DNA of 64,000 bases from Magallana gigas (lineage: Eukaryota), in assembly GCF_963853765.1 (NCBI RefSeq), contig NC_088856.1, positions 12,276,001 through 12,340,000 on the forward strand, in the 5' to 3' direction. Below the pieces are notes generated by a model that worked only from the letters and a program-made list of their open reading frames with translations, was not told where the DNA came from and made no database searches. The position numbers and the translations under genes were made by a program. Position 1 is the first letter of the stretch. Each line of letters opens with the position of its first letter. This document shows, in pieces, positions 35,760 to 48,828 of the stretch.

Positions 35760-38280
35760 GTTGAAAGTAGAAGAGATATGCGAATGAACCAGTTTATGGG
35801 CATGCGCATTAGCCTAGTCCTAAGGTTGCAGATAGTAAGATTCTTAATTAATTATGTTATTAATGATAATATTATTTTAACCAGACAGTTTATTGTCAGA
35901 AAACGAAGCTTTTAATTTTGTATTAGAACACTACTGACTAGATTTAAGTATAAAACTGGCAGATATGAGGCCACTTGAACACTTTATACTTGTTATGACA
36001 AGGAATAAGAATATACAGATTTAGTATTGAATAATTCTAATACATACAGGCAAAAAGAAGCCTCCACTGCCTTCCATCATTCCGTCCACTGTAACTATCT
36101 GGAATACTACCTATTAAACAGTATTTTTTAAATATTTAAAGACAACAATAAATGAAGAGGCACAAACACACTCTGGTCCCATTTTATTTGGCAGGTTACA
36201 AGACCGTACAACTGTGAACTTGAGACAGCAACCCTTCAGAGATATATTAACTGTTTGATGTATACCATGTTATACAATGACATATTGATAGGAGATTCCC
36301 AGTAATGTGAAATGATTATGATAAATGAATAATAAAACTATGAAGTGAAAGCCACTTTTGATTGTAATTAACTTCCTAGAGACAAATACTCTGTACAATC
36401 ACAGGCCTCTTAATTTCTATAAATAAGCAGATAAATGTAGAAGAGAAAGATAATCATATATACCCTATCTATATATAAATACAAATACAGATAGGGTATA
36501 AATACTTCTCTTCTCCTACATTAAGCAGCTTATTGATAGAAATTTAGAGGCCTGTAGTACAATTAAACTATATGTACATGAACTGTACATAATATACTTA
36601 TAGTGTTTAATTACCTTAATTGATTTCTTGGATGCATATACTCTCTGCATTTAAATACGTATATATGACGTAATACATAAGTAATTGTATATGTTTGCAT
36701 ACATATATCTATGTTCTAAAGTTTGCCTGCACTGATTCACATATATGACTAGGCCTATACCATTTATATGTTTCTCGAGACCCACGGTCGCTTCGTAAAA
36801 CTTATTTCATTGAAACTACATTGTTTAACTGATATACGTACAATTTATCATCATTAAAAGATAGTGTAAAGCTTGTTTTAATGTTTTTGTTCAATTAAAT
36901 CTATAAACAATTGAGATAAATAACTAACCATCAAGAAAATCATCACTTCAAATCTTTGCAACTTCATAGCTGGCGCCATGTTGAAAGTAGAAGAGATATG
37001 CGAATGAACCAGTTTATGGGCATGCGCATTAGCCTAGTCCTAAGGTTGCAGATAGTAAGATTCTTAATTAATTATGTTATTAATGATAATATTATTTTAA
37101 CCAGACAGTTTATTGTCAGAAAACGAAGCTTTTAATTTTGTATTAGAACACTACTGACTAGATTTAAGTATAAAACTGGCAGATATGAGGCCACTTGAAC
37201 ACTTTATACTTGTTATGACAAGGAATAAGAATATACAGATTTAGTATTGAATAATTCTAATACATACAGGCAAAAAGAAGCCTCCACTGCCTTCCATCAT
37301 TCCGTCCACTGTAACTATCTGGAATACTACCTATTAAACAGTATTTTTTAAATATTTAAAGACAACAATAAATGAAGAGGCACAAACACACTCTGGTCCC
37401 ATTTTATTTGGCAGGTTACAAGACCGTACAACTGTGAACTTGAGACAGCAACCCTTCAGAGATATATTAACTGTTTGATGTATACCATGTTATACAATGA
37501 CATATTGATAGATTCCCAGTAATGTGAAATGATTATGATAAATGAATAATAAAACTATGAAGTGAAAGCCACTTTTGATTGTAATTAACTTCCTAGAGAC
37601 AAATACTCTGTACAATCACAGGCCTCTTAATTTCTATAAATAAGCAGATAAATGTAGAAGAGAAAGATAATCATATATACCCTATCTATATATAAATACA
37701 AATACAGATAGGGTATAAATACTTCTCTTCTCCTACATTAAGCAGCTTATTGATAGAAATTTAGAGGCCTGTAGTACAATTAAACTATATGTACATGAAC
37801 TGTACATAATATACTTATAGTGTTTAATTACCTTAATTGATTTCTTGGATGCATATACTCTCTGCATTTAAATACGTATATATGACGTAATACATAAGTA
37901 ATTGTATATGTTTGCATACATATATCTATGTTCTAAAGTTTGCCTGCACTGATTCACATATATGACTAGGCCTATACCATTTATATGTTTCTCGAGACCC
38001 ACGGTCGCTTCGTAAAACTTATTTCATTGAAACTACATTGTTTAACTGATATACGTACAATTTATCATCATTAAAAGATAGTGTAAAGCTTGTTTTAATG
38101 TTTTTGTTCAATTAAATCTATAAACAATTGAGATAAATAACTAACCATCAAGAAAATCATCACTTCAAATCTTTGCAACTTCATAGCTGGCGCCATGTTG
38201 AAAGTAGAAGAGATATGCGAATGAACCAGTTTATGGGCATGCGCATTAGCCTAGTCCTAAGGTTGCAGATAGTAAGATTC
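34624..38280. repeat. Tandem triplication of the MULE right end (1220 + 1220 + 1217 bp)
   Basis: Units 34624-35843, 35844-37063 and 37064-38280 each end in the full TIR (...GATAGTAAGATTC). The copies look identical except for a 3-nt deletion (GATAGGAGATTCCC vs GATAGATTCCC) in the third. Confidence 0.97.
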
Positions 38281-38911
38281 CAAAATTTTTTGTCTACGTC
38301 CCATAATGCTCTCTAATGTTTTCACCCGTGGTGCTATGCCAAAAATGGCTGAATTTTAACTCGTAATTTACGGTGACTTAAAGTTTGAAGACACGTTTTG
38401 AGTACCGCATATGCTTTGGCGAGACTCAAAAGATTTGTTACATGCTTGCAGCTTCCGTATCTTCGTATTGAGTCGAGAAACGTAAACAAAGACGAACAAA
38501 GTCATGGATATGACGTCACAATGCACTCGCGCTTTATTTCCCGCGATAAATTTAGAGGTGGATCAAACATCTGTAATGCCTGTACTAGCTATTTCAGTAT
38601 AGACTGCGATACATGCCTCATTGACATATGATTTGTTTTTAATCTTTTTTTTAATATAGAGATTTTATATATATAAACTAGCAAGAGCCATACTTTACTG
38701 TCATATCGATCCATTTTTAAGCTTATTGTGCATGCATGTACAGTAGGCAGGTAAGTATATGAGAAGGGAGGAAATAAACAATAGAACATTTTGAACTAAA
38801 TAAAAAGGAATAAAATGAAAAAATAAACAGGTAAAAAAAAATATGTAGATATTGCATATAGTCAGACTATTGAATTTAAAAGTGGGAAATCACACACCTA
38901 CAAACAGGTAC

Positions 38912-38913
<2 letters not shown>

Positions 38914-38981
<68 letters not shown>
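38914..38981. repeat. (CT)n microsatellite
   Basis: Pure CT run; further GA/CT runs at 40051-40094 and ~42125-42192. Confidence 0.95.
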
Positions 38982-38983
<2 letters not shown>

Positions 38984-40046
38984 GTAGGGGGTTGCGCTGT
39001 ATGTATCATAACCATTAAAATTAGAACTTTTGACATACTTTTTGTAGAGCAATACTCTCTCAAAAATCCATTGACGTTGGTTGATACCTAAATAAAACTA
39101 TAAGTTGACAATGATGCAAGGTATGTGTAATTCTTGCTGCGCTCGCCAGAACGGTAGCACCGTAAAACATATTAGTGAATAAAATATTTGTGAGCATTCA
39201 TCCAAATTAGTGCAATTTACAACTGTTTCCTGTATCTGAAGAAATGTCCTTATTCGTCAGCTGTTCTTTATCTTAGCCTTTGCAAGATTTTGAGAGGATT
39301 TTGGTCATTTCAGCAGATTTACAATAACTTCAATTAGAGTAATTTCCCCTTATCAGTGCTTATTGTGACGTCAAAGCTGACGTTGGTTAAGTGTCGTCTT
39401 ACACTTTAAAACTCCCCTGAGAAATAAAAGTATGCGAAGTATACTGTTTTATTTACTTAAAAAGCATGATGTTCTTAAAATTACACATCTTATAAGCTTT
39501 TCAAAGGTTTTACTTTGATTCCCGGGAGAACGTGATGTTGGAACGTGAGGTTGGAAACCATTGGTACTATGAATTGTGGGTCAAAATTTACTGACTCCGA
39601 AAAAATATATCGGATCAATGTGTAAACGTTTGTGACGTCACACGATTATTTTTGATTGAAAGTGTACTGACGTGAACTTTAGAGGTAACATTGACTGTAT
39701 GTCGCTTACATCGTTATTGTTTTTACTGTCTTAATTTGTCTTGCTGATTCTCGTGAGAGTGTGAAGTGATAAAAATTGCCATGATTACAGGGAACTACTG
39801 GGACGATTAAAACGATGCATTACTGGTCCGATTTACTGACGCCAAAAAAATCCGTTGAATGAATGTGCAACTAGTCCGAATTTTCTATTCACACACGCCT
39901 TGCCGGTAGAGCTCGCTTCGCGCCGGCGCTGCGCGCCGGCGAGCTGCGCTCGCTACTATGGCACGCGAAATCACAATCAAAGTACTGAAGTACTGAAAGC
40001 CGGGCTCTTTTGGTGTGTCTTTATGCATATTGTATAGTAAAGACTG

Positions 40047-40096
<50 letters not shown>

Positions 40097-41188
40097 CCCC
40101 CACCCACCCCCCACCCCCGATTTGGATTTTGAAGATTTTGGGAAAGTCCTAATTAACATCCCTCTTTTCTTTTTTTTTTGTCAAGATTTTTTGGATGAGT
40201 CTGCCCCCCCCCCCCCCCCCCCCACTTTCAAAAACGATGCTACGTGCCTGTAATGTCGGCAAAGCGTCCGAGAGCGTCCAAATTTTGTAAGCGGCTATAA
40301 ACAAAAATTAATATGTCTTTCTAGAAGAAAAAAGTTCATTAGTTGCTGCCTTGAATTTTGCTACAAGCGTTATATATTCAATCCCCATTTCTTCAACGCT
40401 TAACTCGTACTGAGATATCTAATGTGGAATATACCTTATACTGAAATATCTCGTAAAAAGACAGCTCTCACTGATATTCTCACCAAGATATCTGATATGA
40501 AATATGACTCAATGGGATATCGTAAGAAGACAACTCCCAGTGGTATATTTCTTATAAGATATCTTATAAGAAATATAACATATTACTTTAAAAATCTCTA
40601 ATTAGAACTGATATTCTTACTGATATGTTTTATAAGAAACATTATAGTCTTACTTAAATATCTGGTTTGAAGACAACTTACTGATATTCTTACTGAGATA
40701 TTTGATATCTGGTTAGAAGACAACTGGCTGATATTCTAACTGAGATATCCTATAAGAATTATTACATGTATTTATAACCCTCACATAGAAATGGTTATAC
40801 GGAAGACTACCATTATTCATGTTTATCACCAAAGCAAGTATTTACGTGTGTGCCGATGGAATAGGTACTTGAATAAGATTTTGATTTTAAAAAGACTGAG
40901 GCATATAATACAAATTTGTTTGCTTTAAAGTAAAGGTTTTATTATATATAATCAATTGTCAACGCATAATACAGAGTGACAAAATGGCGTATATCAGATT
41001 CTCAGTTCCAAATGCCGTTCTGAAGCCAAGGAACCAGGTACGGATCAGTACGAATAACACTTTTGTAAGTTTGCGGAGCAACGGGTGCGGAACCTTGAAA
41101 AAATAACAAAAAACTGATTAATATACTACATATATATAAAAACAGGATCAACATTAAAAAGCCTCTGGTGATTTTGCATGCAAATACC

Positions 41189-41965
41189 TAGCTGCAATAA
41201 TATAGCCCTCTCCGATTTTTTATATCTGATGTTTACTGGAGAGGGCTACAATTCCACAGGATCTCCGTAATGGTGCAAAATTAATTTTTTAATGCGACTG
41301 ACTTCGGTCTGAAAAGATAGATTTTATATTTGACTTCCTTTAGATAAAATGATTTTTTAATTCAGGTTGAACAAATTAACCGTATATAAATCAAAACCAG
41401 ATAAAACACATCAGCATGTTTACCAGTCATCTTTTTCAGCAGCCATGACAGTTCTCGCGTGATTTTATGGGATGTACGCTTGGAGTTTTGATGGGCTTGA
41501 TAACGTGAATGTCAGTGTAAATAATCAATATTACCTCATTATATCACTAAAACATCATTTTGGGAAATGGTATATAATGGAAAATTCATATTTACCGCCT
41601 TAATTATGTTTAAAATAGGGGAATTCCTATATTCAGTTCAAGATCCGCTCCTGAATTCTCATTGGCTGTCCCAAAATAAAACCGGTCAAGGTCAGTAAAC
41701 ATGGCGGACAAATTCAACTTTCATTGTTGACATACACAAAAAATAACCGATATATGGACTATAATTTATTTGTGCCATAGACATCTACAACGTTTGAGTA
41801 CAGGTAAGAAATGCAAATGTTATTGTCATTTATAAACGATTTGAGACGAAATTGTTGCGGGAGTGAATCACTCCCGCACTTGCACCATTACGGAGATCCT
41901 ATGGATTTGTAGCCCTCTCTCAAAAAAAAAAAAAAAATCGGGAGAGGGCTACATTATTGCAGCTA
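41189..41965. mobile_element. Non-autonomous TIR element, TAG..CTA termini, 9-bp TSD GCAAATACC (AcademH- or MULE-like)
   Basis: TSD at 41180-41188 and 41966-41974. ~90-bp bipartite TIRs: TAGCTGCAATAAT.TAGCCCTCTCC..TTTTT and GAGAGGGCTACAA.TCCA.AGGATCTCCGTAATGGTGCAA mirrored at both ends. Confidence 0.85.
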
Positions 41966-42121
41966 GCAAATACCTGAACAGAGACCACAAAACTTTCTAC
42001 ATCCCGTGTTTCGAACATCATTAAGGTGGACGTTGACACAGACATCTTTAATTTCTGAGCAGTAGTGTATAGCATCAAGACATTCATCTGTTTAAATGAA
42101 TAAAATAAGATAGGTCTTTAC

Positions 42122-42192
<71 letters not shown>

Positions 42193-42385
42193 GAGACTTA
42201 CTTTTCTCTTTTCTTATTGTTTCCTTTATAATGTCTTTGTCATATTGTTCTTTTTCTGTTCTCTTCGAATGAGTCCCTGGAAGAAAATTCAGATACTTTA
42301 CTCTTTTTTTATTACTGTGAATTTATAGTTAAACGCTGATTTTTATAATTGATGCCCAAAACTGTTGATAAAAATAATCCACTTT

Positions 42386-44377
42386 TTAAAGAACTACATT
42401 GTATACATTGCTATAGTTACCATCGTTTCCAAAATTTCCACATTTTGGAAAACCTTCTGGAACGGGGGGTAATCTGGAGAAAGATTCATTCAGAAGAATG
42501 GACATTCCGTCAGCCGAATGAAGCTGGATATGGCAGTGAAGGAGCCACAACCCGGGGTTATCGGCCGTGATTCTTACCACCACATAACCACCGCTAGGAA
42601 CGATAACAGTGTCCTTCTTAGGTGGATCCACAACGTTAAGACCTGGTACGTTCCCATGTTTCCATGTTGGATCCTTCCATGATGCACTGTTGCAAAAGCT
42701 TTTTTCTTGTGTGGTGCCACCTCGGCAGTCAATGTCTGCATTTTGTGAAATAAACTCACCCGATGTTGAGTTGTAGTTCCCGTAGCCCATTTTCAGAACT
42801 TCAAAGGAATGCCCGTGCAAATGAATTGGATGGGACCAACCCTTTCCTTTTCCCATATTTAAAAGCACAAAATGAATTGCGTCATTGTAATTCAAATCAA
42901 TGCTGTGTGTACACGAGCAAACCTTTTGTTCCCCGCAATCTTTGTTATGGCACTGGTTTGATATGTCTGTTGGTTGAGATATTGCCGAGACGGTGGGGAA
43001 AGTGAACTCCATTCCATTTATTGAGTCAGGGGTATATTCTGGTCCTGGGAATGCAAAATTAAGAAAGTATTCCCGAAGGTGACTTAATGAAGCATTTGGA
43101 AAACTATTTGATACATCGCTTCTGACCTCTCCCATCGTAATACATTCAATATTCTCTTCATTTGGATAGAATCTAAATGGACAATTCAATACCAAACATT
43201 TGTGTGTTTGAAGACATTTTTGTCTGTTAGAATCTATCCTTACAAACTTTTCCTCTGCTCCTTTGTAATGCAACACTGCTTCAGCAATAGTGCGTCTGTT
43301 ACGTTCTAACGTGTGCCCTCTAATCATATAGTTTGTAATGCTTTCGTTAGCGTGTATGAGAAAGTCGAACCGCTCTCCAGGATGTACTATGACTGACTCT
43401 ACCTCTAAAGGTTTTATATAAAATCCGTCGCTAGCAACAACCGTCAATGGATGGTTGTCGATGGATATTCTGTATGGATACATCGCAGCAGCATTTATCA
43501 ATCGAAATCTATAAGTTCTGTTTTGCTCAACCTCAAAAATCTCCAGCGGTGCCTCGTTATGTGCTCCAGAGTTTGGGTCGTAGTAGTATCTCCCCTTTCC
43601 GTTTATTAAAGCGGATTGAGCGTACCAGAGGCTGAATTTGGACCCATCTAATGCAATGGAAGGTTTGATTTCTCGTCTATTCAAGAAGACCCCAGCATCG
43701 GAATACAGAAACGCCTGGTCTACGTCATAGTCATGATTCCAGTCCTGAACTTGCATGATGAAGTCTTCTGACACACCCCGAACAATGGGAGGGTGATTGT
43801 GTTCTCTGATAATAAGGGCACCATACAGACCCTTTGCCCTCTGTGCCCCAGCGTGAGAATGATACCAATAAGTTCCCTTTGGACTGGCTCTGAATTTGTA
43901 CGTAAACGTCTGTCCCGGGTTTATCGGGCATTGGGTCACAAAACTTACCCCATCCATGTACGGTGTTTCTTTTTGAGGTAGTCCATGCCAATGCATCGAT
44001 ACAGTATCGGAATATAGTCTGTTTATGACGTGTATCACAAGGATTTGATCTTCGTATGCAGTGATGGTTGGACCCGGAAGAGTTCCATTTGCTACCACTA
44101 CAACCCTTTGTTTTTCCCATCCATCTGCTGTAATAACCTCCTCAATATTTATTGGTGTGGCAGTAGTTGTGTTTGTAACATCATAACGATATAAATTTCC
44201 GTTCTCTGGGAAAACAGCTTTTTCTGTTTCATGAAACATTGTCAATTGACTGGTAATTTCTAGAGATGTTTCACAGACCAAAGCATGCTTATTGCAGACG
44301 AAGGCCACACTTTTCTTCGCCAAACATACAAGGGTGAAAAGGTATACGAACAACGCCTTACCGTTTCCCAAGATCAT
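42386..44377 (-). CDS. Secreted laccase-type multicopper oxidase, 663 aa, CDS in a single exon
   Basis: All four copper boxes: HWHG, WYHSH, HPIHLHGH, HCHIQLHSADGM (Met axial ligand). Signal peptide from MILGNGKALFVYLFTLVCLA. ATG 44377 directly follows acceptor TTTTTTCAG; a candidate 5'UTR donor CAAG|GTAAGA is at 45597/45596. Confidence 0.93.
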   Translation of the reverse strand: MILGNGKALFVYLFTLVCLAKKSVAFVCNKHALVCETSLEITSQLTMFHETEKAVFPENGNLYRYDVTNTTTATPINIEEVITADGWEKQRVVVVANGTLPGPTITAYEDQILVIHVINRLYSDTVSMHWHGLPQKETPYMDGVSFVTQCPINPGQTFTYKFRASPKGTYWYHSHAGAQRAKGLYGALIIREHNHPPIVRGVSEDFIMQVQDWNHDYDVDQAFLYSDAGVFLNRREIKPSIALDGSKFSLWYAQSALINGKGRYYYDPNSGAHNEAPLEIFEVEQNRTYRFRLINAAAMYPYRISIDNHPLTVVASDGFYIKPLEVESVIVHPGERFDFLIHANESITNYMIRGHTLERNRRTIAEAVLHYKGAEEKFVRIDSNRQKCLQTHKCLVLNCPFRFYPNEENIECITMGEVRSDVSNSFPNASLSHLREYFLNFAFPGPEYTPDSINGMEFTFPTVSAISQPTDISNQCHNKDCGEQKVCSCTHSIDLNYNDAIHFVLLNMGKGKGWSHPIHLHGHSFEVLKMGYGNYNSTSGEFISQNADIDCRGGTTQEKSFCNSASWKDPTWKHGNVPGLNVVDPPKKDTVIVPSGGYVVVRITADNPGLWLLHCHIQLHSADGMSILLNESFSRLPPVPEGFPKCGNFGNDGNYSNVYNVVL

Positions 44378-46938
44378 CTGAAAAAAGATTGGAATATAGT
44401 TTTTTTCTATTCCACGTCGTTTGAGTTTCAATGTAATTTCATTTTGGTAATTTTTGCAATAAAATATAGGTGGAAACCTAATAGAACATACACCAGTAAT
44501 TAATGAGAACAATTCCATCAAAGACACTCTCTCTGTTTACGTTTGCAGTGTCATTAATGTTTTATAGAATAAATTGCAATGTAAATTTTAAGTGCGCTTG
44601 CAGTGCATGACGTTTAACTTAATTTTGAATCATTCAAGTATTTTAGACTTCATATTAAACTACGCGCAATTCAAATCATATATATATATTTTTATTAATA
44701 TTCACAAAGGCGAAATTTACTTACTATAGTTCTATATTGTCTGTAAAGATTTTTCCTAAGTAAAACTGTAGTAAAACTGTAGATACTAAAAATTGTTGAA
44801 AATAAGCTCAATAATTTAAACAATGATTGCATACACTTTTATGGTATGCATTTTTTTCTTTAAAGATCAAAAACTGTTTCATCAGTGTACAACAGGTGAT
44901 TGTCTGTGCTCTTTTTGTCTGAGTTACAGAACGCCGGCCAATCTTAGGGATTGAATTATTGAAAACATCGCACAATGATTTGTTTGCAACTTCATGTTAA
45001 TTTAAAATTCTTACTTACAATACATGTCTCATAAAGACTCACAAGAGGTAAAGTTTGAATCAAACTAACAATACTTTCTCGGATTTTAATAGGTGACAAA
45101 GAAAGTGATATTGATGGTGTTTAACAATCTAGAAATGCACTGAAAGACATCAGTTAGTTTCATGTGATTTCACGAACAACGAATTGTTTAAACTATTCAC
45201 AAAATTTAAGAACGTATCAGCATAGTTGTGTTAATTTTTTATTTCAATCTTACAGTGAAGCAGTTAATCTTTTGCCTGTTTGCTGTTGTTGAGATAGCTT
45301 ACTAACTATATCTACAAGGAATATTTTTTTGAAATTAAGGATTATGTTTGTTTTCTTGTATTCCGTAAAGATCTAGATCCTGAAAGATATATGTCTAGGA
45401 ATGGCTTGTCTTATAAACCTTCATATGATCATCCACTACATTTGTCTTCGAAAACTTTTAAATAAAAATAAACTATTTTCCTACATTAAAAGCTCTAAAG
45501 TTACATGTAAGTTTCAAAACCACACATGAAACATTACAAAGTTATACAGAGTGCATGCATCTGTCCTTTTCTTCACTACACTTCTTTGTTTCTTACCTTG
45601 CCTTGACGATCCTGTAGATTAAGTGATGATCTAGGGTCGAGCACACAGGTAAGTGTTATGAGTGACCCACCCTGGGGATACGCTGATAGTCCCGAGTGAC
45701 TGCCAGTTGATCACGAATATATGTTGTAACTAATGAAGACCACCAGGTCCGGACGACTAAGGTTACCCAAGACGTTGCCAACAACTATTCGCTTGATTTT
45801 ATCAGTACATGTACACCATGTATGTTGTGATATTGAAGTAAATGTTTTAATTTTGCTATCTGTGCTTTGTCTTTGTGTAATCTTCTAGTTTTGTTGTTTT
45901 AAAACTGAAATTTTTTTTTTCGTCGATTTTATTATGCAGTGGATTATCTAGGTCTCTAGGATGGAATTTCAGAGATGCTACTGTTGGTTTGAAAGCCCTC
46001 TAGTTTTCTCTTCTAAGAAATTCAAAACAGGTTACTAAAGCCATTGTGAGTTGGCATCTGTTAGTTGCAAATAGTCTTGAAAGTTTTTTATTTCGGGGAG
46101 GTTCTTTCTTTAATTTTGAATGTCCTTTGCATAGAAATGCAATTGTATCACTATCTAATATTTTACCTAATTACATTCAGTTTATGTAGCCCCATTTTAA
46201 AATCAAGAATAATTCAATAGGTAAAAATTTAATCTTTCTATGTGAAAAGCCTAATGGGCAGACAAAGTTCACATTTTTTTTTCGGCGATAAAAAACACAG
46301 TGAGTTTTGTTGGCCATTATGCAGGGGAATATGTTGCAATGTGTCACGTTATCTCCCCTGTAAAACAATAGGTGCGGTTGATCGACATTATGTGTAGTGC
46401 TGTAATTTATTTTTTGTATACAATCTACAGCCCTGTTATTTGCCGGAACTCTAAATACCTGTATGAAAAAGATATGTTTTCCCAGTAATAATCAGATTGT
46501 ATACTGATTGATTACGATGCTGATTAACAGTTATCGTAATCAGTCAGTACAAAGGTAGACTTTATTTGTGGGTGATTAGTCTTGCTAAGAGGCTGTGTGT
46601 TCGTTAGTTAATCGTGGAATGGATATCAAGTGTCGCATTCGATGTACTTTGTCACCCACAGCTTAAAGAAATTGATGATAGAGGACACGCTGCAGTTTTT
46701 TTCCAAACAGGATTTGTGTTTCAATAATTATACAATGTATACGTTCATCTGTTCCCTCTGTCCTATATGGGATATCTTTAATTATGGCTACTCCTATATT
46801 AACCAACGATGTGGCTTCATTTTCTATCATTCTCAGCAAGAATAATTTTTCATAGTTATACACTGTCATTCCCGAAACAAATTTTTTCCAAAAAATAACC
46901 AATTTTCTAACAGCGTTATGTAACTTTTTGAAAGTCCT

Positions 46939-47147
46939 CTGTAAATACGGTTATTTCGCCCCGTATTATTTTTGCCCTTCTACATTTGCAAATGGTTTCG
47001 CCCCGTCATTGCCAATCACACACATTTGTACGAAAATAGATATTTAATGGGAAATTTTGAATTAGCTCAGTCTTAAATTCGCCGGTAGACAGCGAGGACA
47101 AAGTGGGCGAAAATAAAACGGGAGTGAATATATTGTAATATACACTA
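46939..47147. mobile_element. Small degenerate Tc1/mariner-type MITE
   Basis: CTGTAAATACGGTTATTTCGCCCCGTATTATTTTTGCCC vs GGGCGAAAATAAAACGGGAGTGAATAT...TATACA inverted ends. Confidence 0.5.
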
Positions 47148-48237
47148 AATTGATTTGAGTCGCCAATTTTGAGTTATACGTATATTGACTTTTTCACCAT
47201 AAAGTTAACGTAAACAAATCGCATAGAGGTGCTATAACTGTGTTATCAATTATTAAACCAATTAGGTAGCGTTTACTTAGACACAAAACATTACTTTTCA
47301 AATTGTCACTGACTCTTCAAGATGTTGTACGATAGGTATACTTTATGCGGATGCCTAAAATTTAATTATTTAGTAATTACACGAAAAGTAAATATATTAC
47401 CCAATCAATGTGTTTCATTTTCTATAGAAGAAATACATCGTGGTTTTTCACCTTGAGGAAAACCCAAAGTGAAAGTATTAACTATGAGGTTTTATTTCAA
47501 TAAAAACACAATTTGCATGTCTTTGTGTTGACACAATCAAACCTCCTAATAAGAAAATCAAACAGAGATATGATAAAAGATTATCATATTGAGTTTGATC
47601 AATTTAAGGAGAGTAAACATAATTATTGGAGTTATATTTGATATACATACCTACATGGTTAGAAATAAATGCATTTCAAAAAAGTCTTGAACTCGTTTCT
47701 TAGATATCACAAACTTAACCCTTTCTCTTCCAAGCTACGCTTAGAAATACGATAGTCTATAAGGGTTAATTGAGTTGGGGTTTTTCCGTTAATTTGAATA
47801 TGAAGTTGACAGCTCCATACATTGTTTTTTTTTTAAATTTAAATACCAATTCTCAAAATTATTTTAAAGTTCCCTTTCCATAGATTATTATTCGATTATT
47901 TCGTTGTTCCTAAATACAGTTATATACGAAGACTGTATAAGTTGTAAATGTCGTATCTGTAACATAGCATCATTCGCACTTTCCTCTTTCCCATTCTTCA
48001 TCCAAAAGCTATGACGGTCATGTTTTGCTGAGAAAAATTATCTGAATACCACCAATTTATTTTTGGCGTTTGTATTTTTTCCTTTTATGTATAATACCAT
48101 GCCATGTACTTAAATAGAGAACATCATGCAATCACAGTAAAGTCACAATAAGTGGTAAGTTGGTGATGGGTGTAGGAATTTGTATGGTCAAATTGCCACA
48201 TTAAAGTGCGACATGAAGTTATGTTCCTGACTTTTAA

Positions 48238-48720
48238 TTAGGGCTTTTCGACTTTCGGTCGAAAAGACCCATTGTTTTTGTCTTTTTATTATTATCTATG
48301 GAATGTAAAGTTTTTGACTTTTAGTTCCGGTACTTCCGGTTTTTACAAGGAAAAATGTAAAAATTGATTAAAACGCAATACTTTGTTTAGGGTTTATATT
48401 AGAATGTTCAACTTTTAGAATTAGATGCATCTTGTCTTGCTGTACAAAATTGTCAGCTAAAACAACTTTCTATCTCTTACCGTTTTTGAGATATAAAGTC
48501 CTAAACTTCAGAAAAGGGGGGATGAGAAAGCAAAAAAATTCAAATGACCTTTAAAAAATTATTGAACGCCTAAATATTATTAATGTAGATGTAATTAACA
48601 TATATTCCAAGTTTCATTAAGATATATTGACTACTCAACATTTAGTGTACCATTTCAGATGACGCATACAAATGTTGATATTATTGGGATAGGGAAGAGA
48701 GCGACCCTATGGTGATAATT
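48238..48720 (+). mobile_element. HINE/Helentron-like non-autonomous element
   Basis: 5' hairpin GGGCTTTTCGAC-TTTCG-GTCGAAAAGACCC followed by ATTGTTTTTG and a TATTAT tract; 3' GCGACCCTATGG subterminal repeat. Confidence 0.45.
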
Positions 48721-48738
48721 TTACTGTAACTGACTACT

Positions 48739-48741
<3 letters not shown>

Positions 48742-48824
<83 letters not shown>
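48742..48824. repeat. (TA)n microsatellite
   Basis: Pure AT run. Confidence 0.95.

Positions 48825-48828
<4 letters not shown>

Larger units (their letters stand above)
22443..38280 (-). mobile_element. Large, putatively autonomous Mutator/MULE DNA transposon (15,838 bp)
   Basis: Perfect 32-bp TIRs GAATCTTACTATCTGCAACCTTAGGACTAGGC (22443-22474; 38249-38280); 9-bp TSD CAAAATTTT (22434-22442; 38281-38289); encloses an uninterrupted MULE transposase ORF. Confidence 0.93.

Noticed and set aside
39855-40159. ORFs with RE/SL dipeptide runs (also 19669-19941, 38852-39091)
   Set aside because: Artefacts of GA/CT microsatellites.
44378-44527. 50-aa N-terminal extension of the laccase ORF
   Set aside because: It lies upstream of a strong acceptor; the signal peptide starts at ATG 44377.
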